The notes under the pieces: model-generated
What the model was told of the DNA's origin: nothing
What the model saw: the letters and a program-made list of their open reading frames with translations, nothing else
The model's database searches: none
Shown: one piece after another, positions 51,170 through 61,381 of the stretch
Position numbering within the stretch: the first letter of the stretch is position 1
How the letters are laid out: the number at the start of each line of letters is the position of its first letter
Program-made: the position numbers and the translations under genes
Assembly: GCA_963835065.1 (NCBI GenBank)
Contig: CAWIEK010000002.1
Coordinates: 96,001-160,000 of the forward strand
Length of the DNA: 64,000 bases
Reading direction: 5' to 3'
Source: an uncultured Chthonomonadaceae bacterium
GTDB lineage: Bacteria; Armatimonadota; Chthonomonadetes; Chthonomonadales; Chthonomonadaceae

Positions 51170-52504
51170 TTGGAGATTGTTAAAGATCGTTACGAGACGT
51201 GGGACCCGGAAACAACGTATGTGATCGGGCATCAGCGCCCGGATACCGACGCTATCGGCTCGGCATTGGGCTACGCCTGGTTTTTGCAGCAGATGGGGCA
51301 GGAGAAAGTGCGCGCTATTCGCGCCGGGCAGCCTGTGGAGCAGACGCGCTTTGCGCTGGAGCGGTACGGGCAAGCGCCACCGCGCCTGATGACCGGCGTT
51401 GCGCCCACGTTTGGGCACGTTGCCCGCCCGCAGGCGACCGTCACTCCCAAAGCGCCCCTATCAGAAGCGATCACGCATCTGGCGGCAGGCTTACGGGTTG
51501 TGCCGGTTGTGGATGATAACAAAGTTTGCTGCGGCATCGTCACGCCCCTCGCGCTGGCCCGCGCCGCATCCGTTTCGCTGTCCAATTCCACCAATCCGTT
51601 CAAGCAGCCGTGCGAGGATGTGGCCGAAACGGTTTCCACGTTTCATTCGCAGGATCGCATCAGCGACCACCGCGCCGCCCTGCTGCGCAGCGACGAGGAC
51701 GATTTTATTGTTGTGGATGGCGACAACTGCTTTCAGGGCATTGCCACGCGGCGGCGCATTTTGGAGCCGCCCCGCGCCAAACTGGTGCTGGTGGATCACA
51801 ACGAACTGGCGCAAGCCGTTGCGGGCGCGGACGAAGCCGATATTGTGGCCGTTCTGGACCATCACCGCCTGGGCAATGCGTCCACGCCTTCGCCGATTCC
51901 GTTTGTCGTGGAACCGGTTGGAAGCACCTGTACGCTCGTGGCGGAACACTGCCAGCAGCACGGGTTTCAGCCGCCGGAGGGGTTGGCGGGCATGATGCTG
52001 TCGGGCATCCTGTCCGATACGCTGGTCTTTCGCTCGCCCACCACGACCGACCGCGACATCGAAGCCGCCGCCTGGCTCGCTGACCTGAGCCGAACCAATG
52101 TGGAAATTTACGGCAACGAACTCCTGCGCGCCGCTCCCGGCCTGACCGCCCGCGACGTGGAGGAAGTGATTGACGCCGACCGCAAAAAGTACGAAATGGG
52201 CGGCAAGCAGGTCAGCATCGCGCAGGTGGAAGTGACCGGATTTCAGGAATTGCCGCAGCGCCGGGAAGAGATTTTCAGCGCGCTTGAGCGTCAGCGCGAG
52301 CGCGAAGGGTTGGCGCTGGCCTGCCTGATGGTGACGGATGTTGTCGAGGGCCTGAGTCATTTGCTGTGTCAGGGCGAAAACTGGATACTGGCATCCCTGC
52401 CGTTTGCCCGGCAGGGCGAAAACGAATTCGACCTGCACGAAATCGTGTCCCGCAAAAAACAACTCGTGCCCACGCTTGTCGCCGTCATGGAAGAGGGGAG
52501 ATAA
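51170..52504 (+). CDS. ppaC: family II Mn-dependent inorganic pyrophosphatase with CBS insert
   Basis: GHQRPDTD, LVDHNE, DHHR, GSTCT, ILSDT, SRKKQ. Confidence 0.92.
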   Translation: MEIVKDRYETWDPETTYVIGHQRPDTDAIGSALGYAWFLQQMGQEKVRAIRAGQPVEQTRFALERYGQAPPRLMTGVAPTFGHVARPQATVTPKAPLSEAITHLAAGLRVVPVVDDNKVCCGIVTPLALARAASVSLSNSTNPFKQPCEDVAETVSTFHSQDRISDHRAALLRSDEDDFIVVDGDNCFQGIATRRRILEPPRAKLVLVDHNELAQAVAGADEADIVAVLDHHRLGNASTPSPIPFVVEPVGSTCTLVAEHCQQHGFQPPEGLAGMMLSGILSDTLVFRSPTTTDRDIEAAAWLADLSRTNVEIYGNELLRAAPGLTARDVEEVIDADRKKYEMGGKQVSIAQVEVTGFQELPQRREEIFSALERQREREGLALACLMVTDVVEGLSHLLCQGENWILASLPFARQGENEFDLHEIVSRKKQLVPTLVAVMEEGR

Positions 52505-52878
52505 TTCACCACCCGCTGCGCTAGAGACACAGAGACACAGAGGGGAAGAAAAGAAGAAAAGAAGAAAAGGAGAAGAGGGGAGGGGGAGACAGGAACCGCG
52601 AAACACACGAACTAAACGAAAAGAAAATGCAAAAGAACAAGAGGAAATAGACAGGATTAATGGGATTAGAGGGATTAAACAGCATTACGAACAGGGATGA
52701 GACGCCTGATTGTTCTGAACATGCGGCATCTGGAGATTTACTCGTGTTCTTTGTTTTTTCTTTTCTTCTTTTTTCGTTTAGTTCGTGTGTTTCGCGGTTC
52801 CTGATCTCTTCTCTTCTTCTTTTCTCTGTGTTCCCTCTCTGTGCCTCTGTGTCTCTAGCGAAGCGGGTGGTGAAATTT
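52503..52878. repeat. ~375-bp nested imperfect inverted repeat
   Basis: Arms CACCACCCGCT..CTAGAGACACAGAG and AGGAACCGCGAAACACACGAACTAAACGAA have reverse complements at ~52775-52875. Confidence 0.85.
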
Positions 52879-52892
52879 CGGAGGTAGCGGTT

Positions 52893-54272
52893 ATGGGTAC
52901 GCTGGCGGTAGTGAATCCGTATACGGGCGCGGAAGTAGGGCGGGTGGCGCGGGGTGGCGCGCAGGAAGTAGAGCAGGCGGTTCGGGCGGCGCAGGGGGCG
53001 GCACGGGAAATGCGCGGGATGCCCCTGCATCGGCGGGCGGCGATATTAGGCGCAGCAGCGCGCTTGCTGCGGGAGCGCTTGGAAGTTCTGGCGATGCTGA
53101 TAACGTCCGAATCGGGCAAAACCATTCGGGAAACGCGGGCGGAAGTGGAGCGCGCGGCGGGCATTTTCCAATTGGCGGCGGAAGAAACGCGGCGACTGCA
53201 CGGGGAAACCCTGCCCTTTGATGCGTTTCCGAATGGCGAAGGCCGTACCGGGTACTGGACGCGCGAACCGATTGGCGTCGTCGGAGCCATTACGCCCTGG
53301 AACGTGCCGCTTGCGCTTGCCGCGCATAAAATCGCGCCCGCATTGGCCGGGGGCAATGTAGTTGTGCATAAGCCTGCGGAAGAAACGCCTCTCATCGCTC
53401 TGCAACTGGCCGAAATACTGACCGAAGCGGGACTGCCGGACGGCGCGCTGAATGTCGTTACCGGATTGGGCGAGGAAGCCGGGGATGCATTGGTGACGCA
53501 CCCGGAAGTCGGCTTTGTGTCGTTTACGGGTAGCCGGGAAGTGGGGATGCGCCTGCCGGGACGAGCCGGCTACAAAAAAGTCGCGCTGGAATTGGGCGGC
53601 AACAGTCCGGTGATTGTAACGCCGAGCGCCAATCTGGAAGACGCGGCGGACGCGATTGTACGGGGCGGGTTCGCGGCAGCCGGGCAGTTGTGCATTTCCG
53701 TGCAGCGCGTGATTGTGCAGGAGGATATTCGGGCAAAACTGAGCGAATTGATTTTACCGCGCGTCCGCGCCCTGCGCGTGGGCGACCCGATGGGCGAAGC
53801 AACGGATATGGGTACGCTTATCAACAGCGAAGCGTGTGACCGGGTGACGCGGGCGGTGGAAACAGCGCGGCAGGCGGGAGCAACGGTACGAACGGGCGGG
53901 GAGAGATTGGGGCCAAGCCGGTACGCGCCCACCGTGCTTGAAAATGTGCCCCACGATGCCGGATTGGCAATCGAGGAAGCGTTCGCGCCCCTGATTCTGC
54001 TGATGCCGTACACCACGCTCGACGACGCCCTTGCGCTTGCCAACGCCACGCCGTATGGCCTGAACGCGGGCATTTACACCAACGACCTGCGCGAAGCGTT
54101 TACGGCTGCGCGCGAACTGGTGGCGGGCGCGGTCATGGTCAACGACGCGCCCACCTTCCGCTCCGACCTGATGCCGTACGGCGGGCGCAAGCAAAGCGGA
54201 TTGGGGCGCGAAGGCGTCCGCTTCGCCCTGGAAGAGATGACGGAACTAAAGGTAGTCTGCTTCCGCGCCTGA
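52893..54272 (+). CDS. aldehyde dehydrogenase
   Basis: ITPWNVP, FTGS, LELGGN, GQLCIS, EEAFAP. Confidence 0.95.
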   Translation: MGTLAVVNPYTGAEVGRVARGGAQEVEQAVRAAQGAAREMRGMPLHRRAAILGAAARLLRERLEVLAMLITSESGKTIRETRAEVERAAGIFQLAAEETRRLHGETLPFDAFPNGEGRTGYWTREPIGVVGAITPWNVPLALAAHKIAPALAGGNVVVHKPAEETPLIALQLAEILTEAGLPDGALNVVTGLGEEAGDALVTHPEVGFVSFTGSREVGMRLPGRAGYKKVALELGGNSPVIVTPSANLEDAADAIVRGGFAAAGQLCISVQRVIVQEDIRAKLSELILPRVRALRVGDPMGEATDMGTLINSEACDRVTRAVETARQAGATVRTGGERLGPSRYAPTVLENVPHDAGLAIEEAFAPLILLMPYTTLDDALALANATPYGLNAGIYTNDLREAFTAARELVAGAVMVNDAPTFRSDLMPYGGRKQSGLGREGVRFALEEMTELKVVCFRA

Positions 54273-54342
54273 CGCTGACTATCTCTGTTCAATTGCTCTG
54301 CTTCAAACAAGGCAGCATTGCGCGTATAATAATCCTATCGCT

Positions 54343-54738
54343 ATGTACTCACCGGAACAATGGAGAAATCGGGCCACGCAGTCATTGCAATCGGCGCAAC
54401 TGCTTTTTGCCGCAGAACGCTATCGCGATTGCGCCAGCCGCGCCTACTATGCGGCTTATCAAGCCATAACCGCAGCCTGCGTAGCGCATGGTGACAGCGT
54501 AAACTTTCCTCCAGGATGGAACAATCCTTCTCATGAGCAGTTGCCGGGTTTGATTCAGACCAACGGCGACCTGGCGCTACAAACCCGTAGGAAAGTTGTT
54601 AGATTGATAACAATCCTGCGTAGTTCACGCGAAGATTCAGATTATCGGCCCGGCATAACCGTTGACAGAGTAGCCGCATACGAGTGTTTGATCGGCGCTA
54701 TTGCTGTTTTGGATCGATTGGGAGTGAAAACAGAATGA
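54343..54738 (+). CDS. HEPN domain protein
   Basis: SRAYYAAYQA, SHEQL, LRSSREDSDY. Confidence 0.85.
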   Translation: MYSPEQWRNRATQSLQSAQLLFAAERYRDCASRAYYAAYQAITAACVAHGDSVNFPPGWNNPSHEQLPGLIQTNGDLALQTRRKVVRLITILRSSREDSDYRPGITVDRVAAYECLIGAIAVLDRLGVKTE

Positions 54739-55058
54739 ATACCACGCAAAATTTTCGCGCTGAAGATAACGAAACAGGTAAGCAGGACATAGCTCGCCTG
54801 GTGCGAGAGGCAATTACCCAAGTGCCGCCGCTAAATGGCACGACGCTGGAAGTAGATGAAAAAGGCATTTATTCGTACCAGATCAGCAATCAATTCTGGT
54901 GGAAGGTTCCCATTATCGCGCATCCATTTCCCGCTCGCCTGTTTCCGCTCTACGAGGTGATGGCGGAAATTGAGGAGCGTCTGCGTGATGAAAATGTGAA
55001 CAACATCATTTTGTTCGCGAGTGACTTTGCAGAAGAAACATCCGTTGCTTCGGGTTAA
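54735..55058 (+). CDS. hypothetical protein coupled to the HEPN gene
   Basis: ATGA overlap with the HEPN stop. Confidence 0.7.
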   Translation: MNTTQNFRAEDNETGKQDIARLVREAITQVPPLNGTTLEVDEKGIYSYQISNQFWWKVPIIAHPFPARLFPLYEVMAEIEERLRDENVNNIILFASDFAEETSVASG

Positions 55059-55153
55059 TGTCAGTTTCATTAATCACAGGAACAGAACCGTCAGTTTAGA
55101 GCGTTGGATGCAGCGTAACGGCAATATGGCGGATGTTTAAGGAAGGAGGCATA

Positions 55154-55495
55154 ATGGCTTTAATGGAGGTTTTTGTTGCTGAAGTGCCGCCGTTGCGAAC
55201 CGATACTGACGGCGTTATACGAGTCGGAGGAACTCGCGTAACTCTGGACACCGTAATTAGCGTGTATCAAAATGGCGCGAACGCGGAAGAAATCGCTTTA
55301 CGCTATGATGCGCTTTCGCTGCCGGATGTTCACGCGGTTATCAGCTATTACTTGCGGCATCGGCCAGAAATAGAGGGCTACTTGCGCGAACGGCAGGAGC
55401 AGGCCGAGCAGGCGCGTCAGGCCAATGCCGATAAAGTGCCGCCGGGGTTACGTGAACGGTTGCTTGCCCGCCGTGTTCAGAATGGGCAAGCCTGA
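55154..55495 (+). CDS. DUF433 antitoxin-like protein
   Basis: IRVGGTRVTLD...AEEIA..Y..LSLPDVHAVISYY. Confidence 0.9.
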   Translation: MALMEVFVAEVPPLRTDTDGVIRVGGTRVTLDTVISVYQNGANAEEIALRYDALSLPDVHAVISYYLRHRPEIEGYLRERQEQAEQARQANADKVPPGLRERLLARRVQNGQA

Positions 55496-55845
55496 TGCTG
55501 ACGTTTCTTGCCGATGAAAACTTTGACGGGAACATTGTGCGCGGCCTTTTGCGAAGACTGCCGGAGCTTGACATTGCGCGCGTACAGGATGTCGGCTTGT
55601 CCGGCGCGGATGATCCCACAGTTTTAGAATGGGCGGCTCAGGCAGGCCGCATTCTATTGACGCACGATGTTACCACCATTACAAAGTACGCTTACGAGCG
55701 CGTTGCCGCAAGGTTGGCAATGCCGGGCGTTGTGGAAGTCAAGCCGACGCAGGCAATTGGCGCAGTGATTGACGAAGTTTTGTTGCTTGCAGAATATGGC
55801 AGTTCGGCGGACATTCAAGATCAGGTACGTTTTCTGCCCTTGTAA
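55495..55845 (+). CDS. DUF5615 PIN-like toxin
   Basis: FLADEN, GADD..VLEWA..GRILLTHD; overlaps the DUF433 stop. Confidence 0.9.
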   Translation: MLTFLADENFDGNIVRGLLRRLPELDIARVQDVGLSGADDPTVLEWAAQAGRILLTHDVTTITKYAYERVAARLAMPGVVEVKPTQAIGAVIDEVLLLAEYGSSADIQDQVRFLPL

Positions 55846-56006
55846 CAGAATGATATATCTTTGTAGAGTGTTTGGGAGGACAGGAGAGCATTGGCGTCTA
55901 CAACACCGGCGTATCCGATTAAACAGCAGCGGCGGCGGGCGGCGCGGCGTTACGCGATGCGCGTGGCTTTTGTGCTGCTTCTAATGAGTGGCATTGCGTA
56001 TGCCGC

Positions 56007-57796
56007 GTGGTTTGCGCCCGGTTCGCGCCATGCGCCGCCCGTCCGGGTCGAGGCAGCGCCATAAACAGCGACACTCACAATACAAACGGTAACGGTAAGG
56101 AGAAGCGCAAAGCCGATTGGCCGACGATTGCCGGCATTGCGCTGGTGTTGCTGCTTGGCCTGGGATTGCGCTTGTGGGGCATCGGCTGGAGCCTGCCCAA
56201 CGCGCAGCACCCCCTTGCCACTTACCATCCCGATGAACTGGTCAATCTCGCCGCCACGCAGAACATTGACCTGGGACACGGACAGCTTGACACGCAGTTT
56301 TACAATTACGGCGCGTTTTATTTTTATCTGGCGAGTTTCGCGCAAACATTCGGCAGGGGCTATGGCCTGATTCCGGCGACGCCCACTCCGCCTGCCGGAT
56401 GCGCCCCTGCCGCCCCTCGAAGCGATGGTCCGTCACGCCCCGGAACAGTCCGGTTTGTTTCTGGCAGGGCGCGAAATGACTGCCCTGCTTGGCGCGGCGA
56501 CGATCCCGTTTTTGTTCGCGCTTGGCGCGCGGCTATTTCGCCGCAGCGTGGGAATGGGGGCCGCGCTGCTGTATGCGGTTGCGCCGCTTGCCGTCGTTCA
56601 TGCCCACTTTCTCACGGTAGACGTGCCGGCCACGTTCTTTGTCACATTCGCGTTGTGGGCCGCGTCGCGCCTGCTCGATGTAAACGCGATGTCGGGAAAG
56701 CAGGCATGGGGCGCGTATGTGCTGGCGGGCGTGGCGTGTGGCCTGTGCGCCGCCACCAAGTACAACACGGGGCTGGTGCTGATCGCCCCGCTTGTTGCGC
56801 ACCATCTCAGCCGCAACCCCGACGCCTGCCAACTGCACCGCAAAGCGCACTGCGCCGTGATGCTGATTGCCGCCGGGTTCGCATTCCTCATCGGCTGTCC
56901 CGGCCCCGTTATCAACTGGAATGTGTTTTGGAACGGCACATATCCGGGTTCGGGCGTCCGGTACGAGTTGTTTGAACATTCGCGGACGGGGCATGGCGAG
57001 TTGTTTGTCAGCACGGGACCGGGATGGTGGTATCATCTGGTCATATCCCTGCCGTATGGTTTGGGTATTCCCCTGCTGCTGTTGTCGCTGGCCGGATTGG
57101 TATACGCCTGCCGTCAGCGCGGCAAGGGCGATGTTTTGCTGTTGGCGTTCTTCCTGCTGTACTTCGGCGCGACGGGCTTTTCCGCCGTCCGTTTCGCCCG
57201 CTACATGCTGCCCCTGTTCCCCATACTGTGCCTGTTTGCCGCCCGGATTGTTTGCGAACAGTTTGCCAATGTCAATGTTCGGCGCATATTTCAGGCGGCG
57301 GGCGCGCTGACTCTTGCTCTAACGGGTTTGTATACTTTCGCCTTAACGCAGCGCATGGCGGAACCCGATCCCCGCGACCTTGTCGCCGCGTACCTGAACC
57401 GGCAGGCTCTGCCCGGCGCATCCGTTGCGTTTGCCACCGTTCCCTGGTACTACTCGCCTCCGCTTTCGCCCCGCTTTCGGCGAACTGGCCGCGCCCGGAC
57501 GCCGCCGCGCCGCGCAGGAAGTGACCCGCTTCCAACTGCGTATCCCCGACCAGGAATGGGGAACGGACGTTTTCTCGCCCCTCCCGGATTACATTGTCGT
57601 CTCCAACATCGAAACCCTGCACCCGCTGGACCGCCTGCGCCATCCCAACGCCGTCGCGTGGAAACAGGCTATTCGCCCATCCTATCAGGCGAAAACGTTC
57701 GGTTCGTCCTGCGTGTTCGGCCTGCCGCCCAACCGTACCATCATCCCCGACGACCTGCTGTACATCCTGCCGACATTAACGATTTACGTGAAATAA
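56007..57796 (+). CDS. ArnT/PMT-like (GT-C) membrane glycosyltransferase, frameshifts near 56420 and 57480; true start possibly TTG 55891
   Basis: LRLWGIGWSLP..YHPDE, AHFLTVD, ATKYN, RYMLP spread over three frames. Confidence 0.8.
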
Positions 57797-57888
57797 CGCT
57801 ATACAGCAAGTGTGTGCCAAAAAGCAGGGAAGAAGGGGATTGAAAGCGAATAAACGCGCAGATATTTTACGCGATGCAAGGCTAACTC

Positions 57889-60800
57889 ATGCTCCTCCAC
57901 CTTTGGCATATCCAGATGTTGGGCGGCCTCCGGGCAGAACGGGGAACGCGCGCCCTGACGGGGTTCAAGTCGCAAAAAGCGGCGGTACTGCTGGCGTACC
58001 TTGCTTTTTATATCTCCGCGCCTCATTCGCGCGAAGAACTGCAAACGCTCCTGTGGCCCGATGCGGACCTGGAAGCGGCGCGTAACCGCCTGCGCGTGAA
58101 TCTAAGTTCCCTGCGCCGCCAGTTGGAGCCTCCGGGAACAACGGCGGGCGAGGCGCTGATTGCAGACCGAATTTTCATTCGCTTGAATTCGCGCGCCGTC
58201 ACAACAGACGCAGCGCAGTTTGAAGCCGCTCTTGCCGACGCGCAGCGCGATACAGGAGAGGCCGGGAAGATTGCCGCGCTGATAAGAGCCGTGGAAGCGT
58301 ATGGCGGCGACCTGCTGCCCGGCTTTTATGAAGAGTGGGTCATCAGCGAGCGGGAGCGGCTGCGGCAATCGTTGTTACAGGCTTTGCGCCGTTTAACCCG
58401 CCATCTGGTTCACGCGCAGGATTACGAACGCGCTTTGTTCTACGCGCGCCTGGCAACGCGGCACGATGTCCTGCGCGAAGAATCACACCGGGACGTAATG
58501 CGCTTGTATATCGCGCTCGGCCAGCCTTCCGCCGCTTTGCAGCAGTATGAAGACCTGAAACGACACCTGCTGGAGAGCCTCGACGCCGCGCCCGCGCCTT
58601 CCACACAGCAGTATGCCCGCCAGATCAGGGATAGCCTGGGACATTCCGCTTCGTTCCCCGCCCCTGTTTTGCCGCCCCCCTCTTCTGTCCTGTCGCTGCG
58701 CTCCCGGCCCGCCCCCTTGCCCCCGGAAAGCGACGGGAACGCGCCGAAAAGCGACGGGAACGCGGCGGAGCAGGCCGGGAGTAACCCCCGCGCGAACGCT
58801 CTGCCCGCCTATCTGACCCGTTTTTTTGGACGCGAACAGGAATGCGCGGCGCTTTGCGGGATGCTTGCCCCCGTTGCCAACCCCCCCGCTTCTCAGCAGG
58901 GAGACCCTGATTTCCAGCAGGCGGCACGCCTGGTCACGCTTACAGGATTGGGCGGCAGCGGCAAAACCCGCCTTGCCCTCGCCGTCGCGCAGCAACTACG
59001 ACCGGCGTTTGCTGCGCGCGCGTGGTTCGTGTCGCTGGCGGACCTGGCCGACGCGCGCCTGATTGCCGACGCCATTATCAGCGTTCTCGCTCTGCCGCGC
59101 GCGTCGCTTGCCGATCCCTTCGCGCAAATCAGCGCCGCTCTGGACGGCAAACCGGCGCTGTTGATTCTGGACAATTTCGAGCATCTGGCGGAGGAAGGGG
59201 CGGCCTTCGTCGCGGCATTGCTGGCGCGCGCGCCCTCGCTCGCCTGCCTTGTCACGTCGCGCCACGCGCTGGGATTGCCGGGCGAGCGGGAATTTACCCT
59301 GTCACCCCTGCCCGTCCCGGCGGAAGGAGAAGCGGGAAACGGGAACGGTAAAAGTGAGCAGGGCGTGGAACCTGCCCTTTTGCTTGAGTGTGCCAGTGTT
59401 CGTCTCTTTGTTGATCGCGCGCAGGCGAACCTGCCGGATTTTCAAATCACCCGTCGGAACGCAGGAGAAGTCGCGGCGTTATGCCGGGAACTGGAAGGCA
59501 TCCCGCTTGCGATTGAACTGGCAGCCGCGCGAGCGCGCGTCCTGACTCCTGCTCAGATGCGAACTCACCTGCTGCGCCGTTTCGATTTGCTGGTGGATCG
59601 GCGGGCGGACAAAAACGCGCGCCATCGTTCACTGAGGGCTACTCTGGAATGGAGTTACCGCTTGCTGCCGATTCCCTTGCGCCGCTTGTTCGCCCAACTC
59701 AGCCAGTTCGCGGGAGGATGGAGCCTGGCTGCGGCGCAGGCCGTTTGCCGGGAAGAAGAAATGGGCGGGGATTTTGCCGGGGAGGGGGGCGCTCTCGCGC
59801 TGCTGGAGGCTCTGGAGCGGCTGCAAATCGAGTCGCTGATCCAGACGGGCGCAGCAGGCGACGAAATGCGCTTTTCCATGCTGAAAACCCTGCGCGAGTT
59901 TGCCGGGGAGCGATTGAGCCTTGAGGAATGCCAAACGCTTCAAGCCCGCTACATCCGCTATTTTGTGGAATTCGCAGAAGAGGCCCGCCCGCATTTGCAA
60001 GCCACGCAGCAGGGAATGTGGCTGGAGCGTCTTCAGCTGGAACTGGATAATCTGCGCGCCGCTTTTGAACTATGCCTCGCGGATACGAACGGAGCGGAGT
60101 CAGGTCTGCGTATGGCGCGCGCGCTGGAGCGCTTCTGGAGCGCGCGCGGCTTGATCAGCGAAGGGATCAGGTTCACCACGCGCATACTGGCGCATCCCGG
60201 CGCGCAAATGCCGACGATGTTGCGGGCAAAGGCGCTTTTAACCGCCGGTACGCTTCATTTCAATCAGGATGATTACGATACCGCCTTTCTGCTGCACCGG
60301 GAGGCGCTGACAACCGCGCAAGCCGCGCAGTATCCGTCCGGGGAAGCCTGGGCGCTGGACAATCTGGGAACCGCAGAACTCCGGCGCGGCAATTGTCCCT
60401 CTGCGCAAGCCTATTTTGAACGGAGCCTGGCGATACATCGGGATGAGAATGACAAAGCGGGGATCGCCGCCACGCTGAGTCATCTGGGGTCTGCCGCGCA
60501 GGCGCAGGGAGATTACCGGCGCGCGCAGCAGCAGTTCGAAGCAAGTCTGCTGCTGCATACGGAACTTGGGGATCGCCTGCATGTCGCCACCACGCTTTCG
60601 AATCTGGGCCTGCTCTTCGATCTGCGCGGCGAGTACGAAGCGGCGCGCAGCCACTACGGGCAGAGTCAGGCAATTCACCGAGAATTAAACAACAAAACGG
60701 GCCGCGCGGTCACGCTGATGAATCTGGGCATCATCGCCGCCAAAGTGCAGGATTACGAAGAGGCAAGCGCGTATTTCACGGAAGCGCATGATCTGGCGCG

Positions 60801-61326
60801 CGAACTGGGACTGCGGCGGGGCGTCGCCCTGGCGCTCGGAAATAGGGGCAGCCTGGAAGAGATACGCGGCAATCCTGACCGGGCCGGTTCGCTGTACGCG
60901 CAATGCCTGGCGATCCAGCGCGAGATAGGAGACCGCATTGGCGTTACGCTCACGCTTGCCAATATCGGGCGCATACATATCCTGCGGGGCGAATATGAGC
61001 CGGGACGCGCCTGTCTGCTGGAAAGTTTGTCACTGGCCCGCGATCTCAAATTGCTGACAGGAACGGTGGAGGGTCTGGAAGGATTTGCCGCCCTCTCGAA
61101 CGCGCAGCAGCAGTTCCCGCGCGCCATCCGTCTTTATGGCGCAGCCGACGCCCTGCGGGAAACAATTCAGGTTCCTCTTGCAGCGATCCTGTGTGCCGAC
61201 AGGGAAGAAATATATGCCCGGTTGCGACAGGCGGCAGGCGCGGCCGCTTTCGCGGCAGCCTGGGCAGAGGGCCGTTCCATCTCAATGGAGGAGGCCATTG
61301 CTTCTGCCCTGCTCGCGGCAGAATGA
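57889..61326 (+). CDS. AfsR/SARP-like regulator: BTAD + NB-ARC/STAND ATPase + TPR repeats
   Basis: LLPGFYEEW, FFGRE, GLGGSGKTRLA, LILDNFEHL, GIPLAIELAAAR, TPR array. Confidence 0.93.
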   Translation: MLLHLWHIQMLGGLRAERGTRALTGFKSQKAAVLLAYLAFYISAPHSREELQTLLWPDADLEAARNRLRVNLSSLRRQLEPPGTTAGEALIADRIFIRLNSRAVTTDAAQFEAALADAQRDTGEAGKIAALIRAVEAYGGDLLPGFYEEWVISERERLRQSLLQALRRLTRHLVHAQDYERALFYARLATRHDVLREESHRDVMRLYIALGQPSAALQQYEDLKRHLLESLDAAPAPSTQQYARQIRDSLGHSASFPAPVLPPPSSVLSLRSRPAPLPPESDGNAPKSDGNAAEQAGSNPRANALPAYLTRFFGREQECAALCGMLAPVANPPASQQGDPDFQQAARLVTLTGLGGSGKTRLALAVAQQLRPAFAARAWFVSLADLADARLIADAIISVLALPRASLADPFAQISAALDGKPALLILDNFEHLAEEGAAFVAALLARAPSLACLVTSRHALGLPGEREFTLSPLPVPAEGEAGNGNGKSEQGVEPALLLECASVRLFVDRAQANLPDFQITRRNAGEVAALCRELEGIPLAIELAAARARVLTPAQMRTHLLRRFDLLVDRRADKNARHRSLRATLEWSYRLLPIPLRRLFAQLSQFAGGWSLAAAQAVCREEEMGGDFAGEGGALALLEALERLQIESLIQTGAAGDEMRFSMLKTLREFAGERLSLEECQTLQARYIRYFVEFAEEARPHLQATQQGMWLERLQLELDNLRAAFELCLADTNGAESGLRMARALERFWSARGLISEGIRFTTRILAHPGAQMPTMLRAKALLTAGTLHFNQDDYDTAFLLHREALTTAQAAQYPSGEAWALDNLGTAELRRGNCPSAQAYFERSLAIHRDENDKAGIAATLSHLGSAAQAQGDYRRAQQQFEASLLLHTELGDRLHVATTLSNLGLLFDLRGEYEAARSHYGQSQAIHRELNNKTGRAVTLMNLGIIAAKVQDYEEASAYFTEAHDLARELGLRRGVALALGNRGSLEEIRGNPDRAGSLYAQCLAIQREIGDRIGVTLTLANIGRIHILRGEYEPGRACLLESLSLARDLKLLTGTVEGLEGFAALSNAQQQFPRAIRLYGAADALRETIQVPLAAILCADREEIYARLRQAAGAAAFAAAWAEGRSISMEEAIASALLAAE

Positions 61327-61381
61327 TGACGCTCCTCTATATGGCAGCCCCTCCGCGCCTGCCTTGCGGCTCATGCAGAGA

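Noticed and set aside
586..52878. CRISPR array
   Set aside because: Repeats are short tandem or inverted units without regular unique spacers; no cas genes.
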